DNA from: an uncultured Gemmatimonadales bacterium
GTDB lineage: Bacteria > Gemmatimonadota > Gemmatimonadetes > Gemmatimonadales > GWC2-71-9
Reading direction: 5' to 3'
NCBI GenBank assembly: GCA_963825055.1
Contig: CAWGSK010000012.1
Span: forward strand, 96,001 to 160,000
Length of the DNA stretch: 64,000 nt
Numbering within the stretch: position 1 is the first letter of the stretch; each line of letters starts with the position of its first letter. Position numbers and translations under genes: made by a program. The notes below the pieces were generated by a model. That model was not told the DNA's origin and ran no database searches. It worked only from the letters and a program-made list of their open reading frames with translations. Positions 10,556 through 19,490 of the stretch are shown here, piece after piece.

Positions 10556-11313
10556 TCACGATCAAGTCCGCGCGCGAGCTTGAGGCGATGGCCCGGGCCG
10601 GGCAGATCGTGGGCGATACGCTCGCACTGATGCACCGGTCGGTCGAGCCCGGCATGTCCACCGAAGACCTGGATAACATCGCCGAGGCCTTCATCCGGAG
10701 CCATGACGGCGCGCGCCCCTCCTTCAAGGGGCTCTACGGCTTTCCCAAAACCCTCTGCACCTCGATCAACGAGGAGATCGTCCATGGGATCCCGAGCCCG
10801 AAGCGCGTGCTCCGGGAAGGGAGCACGGTAAGCGTGGACGTGGGTGTCTGCATCGACGGCCTCCACGCTGATTCCGCCACGACCATTCCCGTGGGCGAAA
10901 TCGCGCCAGAGCACGAGCGCCTGCTCCGGGTGACCCGCGCGTCGCTCGAGGCGGGCATTGCCCAGGCGAAGGTGGGGAACCACGTCGGCGACATCGGCCA
11001 TGCGGTCCAGCAGGTGGCCGAAGCGGCCGGCTTCGGCGTCGTCCGGGAACTGGTGGGCCACGGGATCGGGACCGCGTTTCACGAGGAGCCCCAGGTCCCC
11101 AACTTCGGAAGCCCGCGCCGGGGCCCGCGCCTGCTGGAAGGGATGACCCTCGCCATCGAGCCGATGATCACCCTGGGCAGCCCGGCTACCCGCACCCTGT
11201 CCGACAAGTGGACCGTGGTGACGGCGGACGGCTCGCTTTCAGCCCATTTTGAGCACACCGTGGCCATCCTGGCGGATGGGCCCCGTATCCTGACCCTGCC
11301 CGGCGGAAACTGA
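10552..11313 (+). CDS. map: Methionine aminopeptidase type I
   Basis: SINEEIVHGIP, GHGIG..FHEEP, AIEPM, SAHFEHT. Confidence 0.97.
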   Translation: MITIKSARELEAMARAGQIVGDTLALMHRSVEPGMSTEDLDNIAEAFIRSHDGARPSFKGLYGFPKTLCTSINEEIVHGIPSPKRVLREGSTVSVDVGVCIDGLHADSATTIPVGEIAPEHERLLRVTRASLEAGIAQAKVGNHVGDIGHAVQQVAEAAGFGVVRELVGHGIGTAFHEEPQVPNFGSPRRGPRLLEGMTLAIEPMITLGSPATRTLSDKWTVVTADGSLSAHFEHTVAILADGPRILTLPGGN

Positions 11314-11372
11314 CGCGCTCCTCGCCCCTCCGGACGGGCCAGGGGCACCGCAGACCGTGGCGCTGGCCGGCC

Positions 11373-12158
11373 TTATCTCTCTGACAGCACGCCCAGCAAC
11401 CATTCATGGATGGCGGGATTGCCCGCCACCACCGGGCCATGCTCCACGCCCAGGTCCCGGCCCTTCCAGTCCGTCACCCGTCCCCCCGCCTCGCTCACCA
11501 GCACGATACCTGCCGCGATATCCCATGCGGACAGCCGCTGTTCCCAGAACCCCTCGAACGCTCCCGAGGCGACCGACGCGAGATCCAGCGCGGCGGCGCC
11601 CGCGCGACGGACCCCGGTCGTTCCCCTGATGACCCGCCCGAGCTGGTCCAGATACGCGTCGAGGCTGTCAAGATTGGTGAAAGGAAAGCCGGTGCCGACG
11701 AGGGCGTCCGCGGGCGACCGGATGGCCGAGACGTGGATGCGCTGGTCGTCGGCCCAGGCCCCGCCGCCCCGGCTGGCCCGGTAGAGCGTCCCCGCCTCCA
11801 CATCCACGATGACCCCTGCCTCGAGCCGGCCGTCCAGTGCCGCCGCGATGGAAACAGCGTACGCCGGAAATCCGTGGAGGTAGTTGGTGGTGCCGTCCAG
11901 CGGATCCACCACCCACACCAGGCCCCTGGCGTCGATATCACTGGACAGTTCCTCCCCGATGACTCGGGAGCGGGGAACCTCCAGGAGGAGGCGCTCGGTG
12001 ATGAGCTCCTCGCACTCCCGGTCCACCCGGGTCACGAAATCGTTCGGACCCTTACGGTCCCACTGGCCCGGATCCGGCCGCGTAACCTGCCGGAGCCAGG
12101 CGGCCGCCTCGGTAGCCGCGACCGTGGCGACGCGCAGTAAGTCTAAGCTGGACGCCAT
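11373..12158 (-). CDS. suhB: Inositol monophosphatase family protein
   Basis: GEE, WVVDPLDGTTNY, WDIAAG. Confidence 0.9.
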   Translation of the reverse strand: MASSLDLLRVATVAATEAAAWLRQVTRPDPGQWDRKGPNDFVTRVDRECEELITERLLLEVPRSRVIGEELSSDIDARGLVWVVDPLDGTTNYLHGFPAYAVSIAAALDGRLEAGVIVDVEAGTLYRASRGGGAWADDQRIHVSAIRSPADALVGTGFPFTNLDSLDAYLDQLGRVIRGTTGVRRAGAAALDLASVASGAFEGFWEQRLSAWDIAAGIVLVSEAGGRVTDWKGRDLGVEHGPVVAGNPAIHEWLLGVLSER

Positions 12159-12159
12159 C

Positions 12160-12188
12160 TTGCGGCTCCCTTCCGGGGTGGGTAGCTT
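12160..12188 (+). promoter_or_regulatory. Putative sigma70 promoter giving a near-leaderless trpS mRNA
   Basis: TTGCGG-N17-TAGCTT, 6 nt before the ATG; no SD. Confidence 0.45.
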
Positions 12189-12194
12189 GGGCGC

Positions 12195-13199
12195 ATGTCA
12201 CGTGTCTTTTCAGGAATTCAGCCGTCAGGCGAACTCCACATCGGCAACTGGCTCGGGGCCGTCCAGAACTGGGTCCAGCTCCAGCACACGCACGACTGCC
12301 TCGTGTGCATTGTGGACCTGCACGCCGTCACGCAGGAGTACGACCACGCGACGCTCGCCGGGCGCACCCGCGACATGGCGATCGGCCTGCTCGCCTGCGG
12401 GCTCGATCCCGAGCTCCTGACGCTCTTTGTTCAGTCACACGTCCCCGAGCACTCGGAGCTCCAGTGGCTCCTCAACGCCGTGACGCCGCTGGGCGAGCTG
12501 GAACGGATGACGCAGTTCAAAGATAAGTCACAGCGCTACGAGAGCATTCCGGCGGGGCTGCTCAATTACCCGGTCCTGATGGCCGCGGACATCCTGCTCT
12601 ACCGGGCCGATCGCGTGCCGGTGGGCGAGGACCAGATTCAGCACCTCGAGCTCGCCCGCGAGGTAGCCCGGAAGTGGAACCAGGAGTTTGCCGGGGGCGA
12701 GCCGTTCTTCCCCGAGCCGCAGCCGCTGCTCACGACGGCCCGCCGCATCATGGGGCTGGACGGCCAGGCGAAGATGTCGAAGAGCCTGGGCAATACGATC
12801 GGCCTGCTGGACACCCCTGAGGAGATCTGGGCAAAGCTGCGGCCCGCCAGGACGGATCCGAAGCGGGTGAGGCGCACCGACCCCGGGACTCCCGAAGACT
12901 GTAACATCTACGCACTGCACCGGTACTTCTCTCCGCCGCAGACCGTGGAACATGTCGCGACGCAGTGCCGCACGGCCGGCTGGGGATGCCTCGACTGCAA
13001 GCGCGTGCTGGCGGACAACATGATTGCGGCACTGGCGCCGATCCGTGAGCGGGCCCTGGAGCTGCAGGCCCACCCCGGGCGCGTTCGGGATATCCTGGCC
13101 GCCGGCGCGGAACGCGCCCGCCACGTGGCCGGCGAAACGATGCGCGCGGTCCGAGAGCGCATGGGATTCCTTGCCCAGACGGTGCGGGCCGGCTCCTGA
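12195..13199 (+). CDS. trpS: Tryptophan--tRNA ligase
   Basis: SGIQPSGELHIGN, VPVGEDQ, KMSKS. Confidence 0.97.
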   Translation: MSRVFSGIQPSGELHIGNWLGAVQNWVQLQHTHDCLVCIVDLHAVTQEYDHATLAGRTRDMAIGLLACGLDPELLTLFVQSHVPEHSELQWLLNAVTPLGELERMTQFKDKSQRYESIPAGLLNYPVLMAADILLYRADRVPVGEDQIQHLELAREVARKWNQEFAGGEPFFPEPQPLLTTARRIMGLDGQAKMSKSLGNTIGLLDTPEEIWAKLRPARTDPKRVRRTDPGTPEDCNIYALHRYFSPPQTVEHVATQCRTAGWGCLDCKRVLADNMIAALAPIRERALELQAHPGRVRDILAAGAERARHVAGETMRAVRERMGFLAQTVRAGS

Positions 13200-13235
13200 T
13201 CCGTATCGCCTGCTTCCCCTGACCGGAACAACCGA

Positions 13236-14324
13236 ATGGCAACAGCGACGGTGGAACGGATTATCAAGGCTGCGGTGGCGCGCGGCGCCTCCGACCTGCT
13301 CATCAAGGCAGGGGATGTGTTCCGGGCCCGCATCAACGGCGTCCTCGAGCCCCTCACGAAGCAGCGGCTGACTCCCGACCAGACCCGGGCTATTGCCATG
13401 AAACTGGTCGGCTCCGATACCGACCGCGCCCGCCTGGACCGCACCCAGGATTTCGACTGCAGCTGGGGGCTGCCGGGAGTGGGCCGGTTCCGGGTGAACG
13501 TGAGCCGGCAGCGTTCCAGTTTCATGATCGTCATGCGGGTGATCCCGTTCGACGTGCCCACGCTCGAAGGGTTGCACCTTCCCGCGGCCCTCGCGTCCAT
13601 CGCGGAGGCGGAACGGGGGCTCGTCATCGTGAGTGGCGCCTCGGGTGGCGGCAAGACCTCGACCGTGGCCGCGATGCTGAACCATGTGAATCGCAATTTC
13701 CAGCGCCACATCGTCACGATCGAGGATCCCATCGAGTTCCTGCATCGTGATGTGAAGTCATCGGTGACCCAGCGCGAGGTGGGCGTGGATACCGCGTCCT
13801 ACCTGGTCGGTCTCGGGGCGGCGCTTCGCCAGGACCCCGACGTGATCGTCCTGGGCGAGCTGGTCGACAGCGAGACAATGGACCGGGCGATAAAGGCGGC
13901 GGAGATGGGCCACCTGGTCCTGGCGGCGATGACCACATACGACGTGACGCAGACCGTCGCACGGCTCCTGGCACTCTACCGTCGCGATGAGCGCCACGTC
14001 GGACGTCTCCGCCTCGCGAGTGTGCTTCGCGCGGTCATCAGCCAGCGCCTGGTACCGCGGGGTGACGACGGGGGCCGCGTGCCTGCGGTCGAGATTCTCA
14101 TGTCGAGCCCGGAAATCCGGGCGCGGATCGAGGAGCCGAACCGGCTGGGCGAGCTGCGCGAGGTGATGGAATCCGGGGGCGAAGCCGGGATGCAGACGCT
14201 GGAGCAGCACCTCTCCGCGCTCACGGCAGAGGGCACGATCTCCGCTGAGACGGCCCGGGCGGTGGCGGCCGATCCCGAAGCCCTCGACCTCCCCCGGGCA
14301 AAGGGTCGAAGGGCGAAGTCATGA
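13236..14324 (+). CDS. PilT/PilU family ATPase with degenerate motifs
   Basis: GRFRVN, Walker A GASGGGKTST, TIEDPIE, QREVG, LRQDPDVI. Confidence 0.85.
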   Translation: MATATVERIIKAAVARGASDLLIKAGDVFRARINGVLEPLTKQRLTPDQTRAIAMKLVGSDTDRARLDRTQDFDCSWGLPGVGRFRVNVSRQRSSFMIVMRVIPFDVPTLEGLHLPAALASIAEAERGLVIVSGASGGGKTSTVAAMLNHVNRNFQRHIVTIEDPIEFLHRDVKSSVTQREVGVDTASYLVGLGAALRQDPDVIVLGELVDSETMDRAIKAAEMGHLVLAAMTTYDVTQTVARLLALYRRDERHVGRLRLASVLRAVISQRLVPRGDDGGRVPAVEILMSSPEIRARIEEPNRLGELREVMESGGEAGMQTLEQHLSALTAEGTISAETARAVAADPEALDLPRAKGRRAKS

Positions 14325-15433
14325 AGGCCGCCCGCCCGCCGGAAGCCCGCGGGCTGGTGGAGAGTCTCCTGCGGTCCCCCAGGGAGGCCGGAACCGAGGG
14401 CGCAGACGCCGCCCGGGAGCGGGTGGCCGCCTTTCTCCGCGCCCATGGCTGGCAGGTGGAGGAACAGCGCTTCAGCTTTTCCGGGGGCGCACTGCTTGCC
14501 TTTCCGCTCTTCGGTGCGGGACTCGGCTGGCTCACCCTGATCGCGATCCCGCTCCTGCTCCTGCCCGCCGTGCCCCGCTGGGCTGCCCTGGTGGCCTGGC
14601 TCATCGGGCTGGCCGCGCTCGCCGTCCTCACGGCGGGACTGGGACTGGGCTGGTCGCGGTGGGGGGACGACCGCGAGGACGCCAACCTGGTGGCGACCCG
14701 TCCCGGCGGTATGGTGCGGGGCTGGTTCGTGGCCCACCTGGACACCAAGGCCCAGGGCCACTCGATGGCCGGACGGCTGGTGGCGGTCTGGGCCTGCGTC
14801 GCCGTGGTGCCCCTGTTCCTGGCCCTCTGCCTCTGGCGCCTGGTGGGGCCGCTCTCCCCAATGGTCGTGGCTGCCGGGGCCGGGGCAGCGCTGGCGGCCG
14901 GTGTCCTGGCCGGCCGGGGCCGCCTTCGCGGGGAGTCCCCGGGGGCACGGGACAACGGAACGGGCCTCTGCGCGCTTCTGGAGCTGGCGACCACTCTCCG
15001 GGACCCGGGAGCGGGCCTCCTGGTGACGGGTGCCGAGGAATTCGGGCTGGTCGGCGCCCGGATCATGGGCCGGGTGTCCCCCGAACGGGTACGCGGCACG
15101 ACGGTGATCAACTTCGACACGATCGACGAGACCGGACCGCTCCGGATCGTGGCGCACGACGGGCCGGGCCGCGCCCTGGCGGAGCGCCTCCGCCCGGTCC
15201 TGGGGAACGCGCGGACGCCGGTCCGCCTGCATCGCCTGCCCGCCGGCATCTTCGTCGACAGCCTCCCCATGGCCCGGACCGGCGCACGGGCGGTCACCAT
15301 CGCCCGGCTCGACTGGTCCACGCTCCGGAAAATCCACACCCCCCGGGATACGCTCGATGCCCTCTCACTGGAGACACCGAGGCGTCTCGCAGGGGTGCTG
15401 GCAGGGTTTGACCTTTCCGGGGCCGACGGCTAG
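14321..15433 (+). CDS. Membrane-associated M28 family peptidase
   Basis: AHLDT, GARDNGTG, GAEE, NFD and IHTPRD motifs with inserted hydrophobic segments. Confidence 0.8.
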   Translation: MKAARPPEARGLVESLLRSPREAGTEGADAARERVAAFLRAHGWQVEEQRFSFSGGALLAFPLFGAGLGWLTLIAIPLLLLPAVPRWAALVAWLIGLAALAVLTAGLGLGWSRWGDDREDANLVATRPGGMVRGWFVAHLDTKAQGHSMAGRLVAVWACVAVVPLFLALCLWRLVGPLSPMVVAAGAGAALAAGVLAGRGRLRGESPGARDNGTGLCALLELATTLRDPGAGLLVTGAEEFGLVGARIMGRVSPERVRGTTVINFDTIDETGPLRIVAHDGPGRALAERLRPVLGNARTPVRLHRLPAGIFVDSLPMARTGARAVTIARLDWSTLRKIHTPRDTLDALSLETPRRLAGVLAGFDLSGADG

Positions 15434-15436
15434 GAT
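15408..15436 (+). promoter_or_regulatory. Putative sigma70 promoter of purA
   Basis: TTGACC-N17-TAGGAT. Confidence 0.55.
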
Positions 15437-15452
15437 TGCTGGAGGATTCAGG

Positions 15453-15474
15453 AGCCCCGCCACGGGGCTTTTTC
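15453..15474 (+). terminator. Intrinsic terminator-like hairpin upstream of purA
   Basis: AGCCCCG-CCA-CGGGGCT followed by TTTT. Confidence 0.65.
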
Positions 15475-15524
15475 GTTGCCGGTACCCCGCGGTACCACAC
15501 CGACGTTCCGTCCGGAGCCTGCTG

Positions 15525-16806
15525 ATGTTCGATCCAAAGACCTACTGTGTCGTCGTGGTGGGCGCGCAGTGGGGGGATGAGGGGAAGGGAAAGCTGGTCG
15601 ACGTCCTGGCCGAACGGGCCGACCTCGTGGTGCGCTACCAGGGCGGGGCGAACGCGGGGCACACGGTCGTCACGGGCGACAGCCAGTTTGTCCTGCACCA
15701 GATCCCCTCGGGGATCCTGCACCAGGGGGCTACCTGCGTGGTCGGGAACGGTGTCGTGCTCGACCCGGATACCTTCTTCACGGAACTGGACGAGCTGACC
15801 GCGCGCGGGATCGACACGGCCGGGCGGCTCTTCGTGAGCGACCGGGCGCACCTGGTCCTGCCGCTCCACAAGCTGCTCGACAGCGCCAGCGAGAAGAGCC
15901 AGAAGATCGGGACGACGGGACGCGGTATCGGGCCGACCTATGAGGACAAGTATGGTCGGCGCGGCATCCGCGTGGCGGATCTCCGGAACCTCCCCGCCGC
16001 ACTGGAACTGGTGCGCGAGCGGGTCGAGCGGGCGAACCTGCTGCTGGAGTTGATGGGCTCCGCCGGGCGGGCCGACATGGCGGCGCACGAGGCGCTGCTC
16101 ACGCGGCTGGCGCCGCGCATCCTCCCGCTTGCCGCGGACAGCGGCCACCTGGTGGACCTCGCGCTGCGGCAGGGCCGGCGCGTGCTGCTGGAGGGTGCGC
16201 AGGGCGCCCTCCTCGATGTGGACCACGGCACCTACCCCTTCGTCACCTCCTCCAACACGACCGCCGGCGGTGCGGCCACCGGCGCCGGCATCGGGCCGAC
16301 CGCGATCGACGGCGTGCTCGGCGTGGTCAAGGCCTATACCACGCGAGTGGGCAACGGTCCCCTTCCGACCGAAGTTGAAGGGGGAACTGGGTGACAGGCT
16401 CCGTGAGGCGGGGGCCGAGTTCGGGGCGACCACCGGCCGCCCGCGGCGGTGCGGCTGGTTCGATGCCAACGTGGTGCGCTACGCGGTCCGAGTGAACGGC
16501 CTGACCGGGCTGGCGGTTACGAAACTCGATGTCCTGGACGGGATGGAGGAGCTCCCGGTCGGGACCGGCTATCGCCTGGACGGCGAGGTCTGCGAGGAGA
16601 TTCCGGCGGACGTGGAGCGGCTGTCCCGCGTGGAACCGGTGTATGAGGTGCTGCCTGGCTGGAACCGCCCCACCGGGGCGGCGCGGCGACTGGCCGACCT
16701 TCCGCCTGCGGCGCGTGCCTACCTGGACCGGCTGGAGGATCTGGCCGGGGCGCCCATCCGCTACGTCAGTGTCGGGACCCGCCGGGACCAGATCATCGAG
16801 GTGTAG
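15525..16806 (+). CDS. purA: Adenylosuccinate synthetase, frameshifted at about 16380
   Basis: GAQWGDEGKGK, EGAQG, GTYPFVTSS in one frame; EFGATTGRPRRCGWFD and TKLDVL in the next frame; one extra G in the G5 run. Confidence 0.93.
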
Positions 16807-16808
16807 GC

Positions 16809-17828
16809 ATGGCCGACCCGACTGAACCCGTCATGCGTGAGGAGTTCCGCTCCGAGATCACGAGCCTGCTCGTGGTCGGCGCGGGGCCGGCGGGGCTGGC
16901 GGTGGGCATCGAGGCCGAGCGCCATGCGGTGCCCTGCATCCTGGTGGACCGCGGGACTGTCGTCAGCACCATCGAGCGGTATCCCCTCGGCATGACCTTC
17001 TTTTCCACCCCGGAGCGGCTCGAGATCGGCGACGTGCCCTTCATCGCGAGCCACGAGAAACCGACGCGCCGCGACGGCCTGCTGTATTACCGGCGGGTGG
17101 CGGAGCATTTCGAGCTGGATGTGCGCCCAGGGGAGAACGTCGTGGCCGTCGCGCGCGATTCCCATTCCCACTACCGGGTCACGGTGGAGCGGCGGGACGG
17201 CCGGCAGGTGTACCTGGCCGAGGCCGTGGTCTTCGCGACGGGGTACTACGACTGGCCCAACCTCCTTGGGGTGCCCGGCGAGGACCTTCCGCACGTCCAC
17301 CACTACTTCCGGGAGGGGCATGCGTACTGGAAGCAGAACGTGGTCGTGGTCGGGGCGGGGAACAGCAGCGTGGATGCGGCGCTCGAGTGCTACCGGGCCG
17401 GCGCGCAGGTGACCATCGTGCATTTCGGGCACGAGTTTGACCGGACCGTGAAGGCCTGGGTCATGCCCGACATCACCAACCGGGTGAGGGAGGAGAGCAT
17501 CGCCGTCCGCTGGGGCGCCCGGCTCTCCGTCATCATGCCCACCGAAGTGGAGATCGTCCTGGCGGATGGTGGGACCGAACGGTTCCCCTGTGATGCCGTC
17601 CTCGCCATGACGGGCTATCACGCCGACACCACCCTGCTTCGTGAGCTGGGTGTCCCGGTGGAGCCGGACACCGGCGTTCCGGCGCACGACCCCGGGACCA
17701 TGGCCACGCCGGTCCGCGGCATCTACGTCGCGGGCGTCCTGGCGGCGGGGAATGACGCCAACCGGCTGTTTATCGAGAACACGCGGCATCACGGGGAGGC
17801 GATTGTGGGAGATTTTCTCGGTCGCTGA
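16809..17828 (+). CDS. ypdA: YpdA family putative bacillithiol disulfide reductase (FAD/NADPH)
   Basis: VVGAGPAG, YPLGMTFFST, ATGYYD..LGVPGEDL, GAGNSS, FIENTRHHG. Confidence 0.8.
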   Translation: MADPTEPVMREEFRSEITSLLVVGAGPAGLAVGIEAERHAVPCILVDRGTVVSTIERYPLGMTFFSTPERLEIGDVPFIASHEKPTRRDGLLYYRRVAEHFELDVRPGENVVAVARDSHSHYRVTVERRDGRQVYLAEAVVFATGYYDWPNLLGVPGEDLPHVHHYFREGHAYWKQNVVVVGAGNSSVDAALECYRAGAQVTIVHFGHEFDRTVKAWVMPDITNRVREESIAVRWGARLSVIMPTEVEIVLADGGTERFPCDAVLAMTGYHADTTLLRELGVPVEPDTGVPAHDPGTMATPVRGIYVAGVLAAGNDANRLFIENTRHHGEAIVGDFLGR

Positions 17829-17927
17829 CGGTGAATGGTGAAGAGTGAAAGGAAAAGAGAAGGGTCGCGGGGATGACTTCCCTGACCTCTCTTGTTTACC
17901 CTTCTTTTTACCTCTCACCTTTCACCG
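17829..17927. repeat. Heptamer-periodic imperfect palindrome between convergent genes
   Basis: Left arm CGGTGAA TGGTGAA GAGTGAA AGGAAAA; right arm ACCTCTC ACCTTTC ACCG. Confidence 0.7.
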
Positions 17928-18422
17928 CTGGTTCTGCTGGAACCAGGTTGCCACGTCGAACCCGACCGGGTCGATCTCGTAATACCGGTTCTTGGTGAAC
18001 CGTCCAGTCGTCGGATAGTACGGCGGCGGCTGGTCCACGCCGCAGTGGTCGTAGGTGTCCTGTTCGGCCGGTGGAGACCAGCGTGGCCCGGCCGCGGATG
18101 GTACCGCTGACGCAGACGGAGCGGTCACGTAGATGTCGCCCTTGAAGTCCGGGTTCATCGCGCGGCTCAGCGGGATCATGGTGAGGGCCACGGCGCCGGC
18201 ATTGGTGGCGTCGGTGAAACCCTGCGTGACCAGCGGCAGAGATCGTCGCGTTGGGCGTGCCGCCCCATCCGGCCCAGGCCTGCCAGGAGCCGTACGGCGG
18301 GCTCACCCGCGCGATCGAGCCCGGCTCCAGGAACCGGTCACCCCCCAGGTAGCAGCGGCGCCCACCAGGAGCGCGACCAGCGTGAAGGCTGCTATGGCGC
18401 GGGTGCGGGAAGTCGGCGTCAT
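17922..18422 (-). pseudogene. Fragmented pilus-associated gene remnant
   Basis: Starts MTPTSRTRAIAAFTLVALLVG (pilin-like), overlapping the upstream pilin stop; continues in two other frames and ends PPPYYPTTGRFTKNRYYEIDPVGFDV. Confidence 0.45.
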
Positions 18423-18805
18423 GGGGCCGCCACCACGATGGTGATGTTGACAGGGACCCCCATGGTGGGCTCCGAGACCGTCACGGTGATGGTCGTGTAG
18501 TCCCGCCGCGGGTTGTTGCCGGTGGTGCGGACTACGCGGGTCGTACGGGTCATGGCCGGGTAGCCCGGAAAGCCGGTGACGGTGTTGTTGTTGTAGGTCG
18601 CCACGAGCGTCGGGTAACCCGTGTCAGCCCGGATGAGTTCCGCCTGTTCCTGCGCCACGGCCGTGGCAACGGTCTTGGTGTTCGACGTCCCGACCGTGTG
18701 GAGGAATGAGCCCACAAACCGGCCAAGGCCCAGCGCCACCACGGACAGGATGACGAGGGCGACCAGGACTTCGACCAGGGTGAATCCGCGGCGCTTCGTG
18801 CCCAT
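18419..18805 (-). CDS. Minor type IV pilin (PilV-like)
   Basis: Prepilin motif KRRG|FTLVEVLVAL. Confidence 0.85.
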   Translation of the reverse strand: MGTKRRGFTLVEVLVALVILSVVALGLGRFVGSFLHTVGTSNTKTVATAVAQEQAELIRADTGYPTLVATYNNNTVTGFPGYPAMTRTTRVVRTTGNNPRRDYTTITVTVSEPTMGVPVNITIVVAAP

Positions 18806-19416
18806 CAGTTGTCTCGCTTCCAGGTGCTCGACGCGTACGTGTACCACACGACCCGCCCGCTGGACCGGATGATCTCGCCGGCGCGGACACCGTTCGTGGA
18901 GCCGCTCGCGAGCCCCTTGACCGTATTCAGGTAGAAGCCACCCGCCTCGCTGGCCGTGCCGTCGCGACGGAAGACGACCACGGGGAGCCCGGCCTGCGTC
19001 TGGGTGAAGTTGACCGTGGCCAGCCCCTGGGTGCCGTTGGTGTAGGTGACCGGGGGGGCGGCGCCGATGCCGAACGTCACGCCCTCTTCCAGGTTCGTGT
19101 AGGTAACGCGCTCGCCGGCGTCGATCACGCCGTTGTTGTTCCGGTCCTCGTGTACCCGGAGCCGGCGGTTGGGCTGGTCGATCGCCACCCGGACGTCATG
19201 CTGGAGGGTGACGGCGAGTCGCTGGGAATAGCTCAGGGTCGCGGTGATCCCCCGGACGGCGGAGTTCACGCGATACCCTTCCAGGTTGAGGCGGGGAATG
19301 GCGATCGCGCTGACCAGGCCGATGACGGCCACGACGGTCATGAGTTCGATGACCGTGAACCCCGCGCGGCGCGCGGCGCGGCTGGTGCGCCGGATTGCGT
19401 ATGAGGTCTGCATCAT
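18805..19416 (-). CDS. Minor type IV pilin (FimT/GspH-like)
   Basis: Prepilin motif RRAG|FTVIELMTVV; F..DG and SGRV C-terminal pattern; GGGAG SD. Confidence 0.85.
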   Translation of the reverse strand: MMQTSYAIRRTSRAARRAGFTVIELMTVVAVIGLVSAIAIPRLNLEGYRVNSAVRGITATLSYSQRLAVTLQHDVRVAIDQPNRRLRVHEDRNNNGVIDAGERVTYTNLEEGVTFGIGAAPPVTYTNGTQGLATVNFTQTQAGLPVVVFRRDGTASEAGGFYLNTVKGLASGSTNGVRAGEIIRSSGRVVWYTYASSTWKRDN

Positions 19417-19427
19417 GTCTGCTCCCA

Positions 19428-19490
19428 GGCAGCCGGGCAATCTCGGGGAGACCCCTGGCTTTGCGCCCCGCCGTCGCCGGGACGCCCGGT
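19428..19490 (-). ncRNA. Candidate c-di-GMP-I (GEMM)-like riboswitch
   Basis: Minus strand reads GGGC..CCG-GCGA-CGG..GGGCGCAAAGCC..GGGTCT..AGATTGCCCGGCTGCC directly before the pilin SD. Confidence 0.5.
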
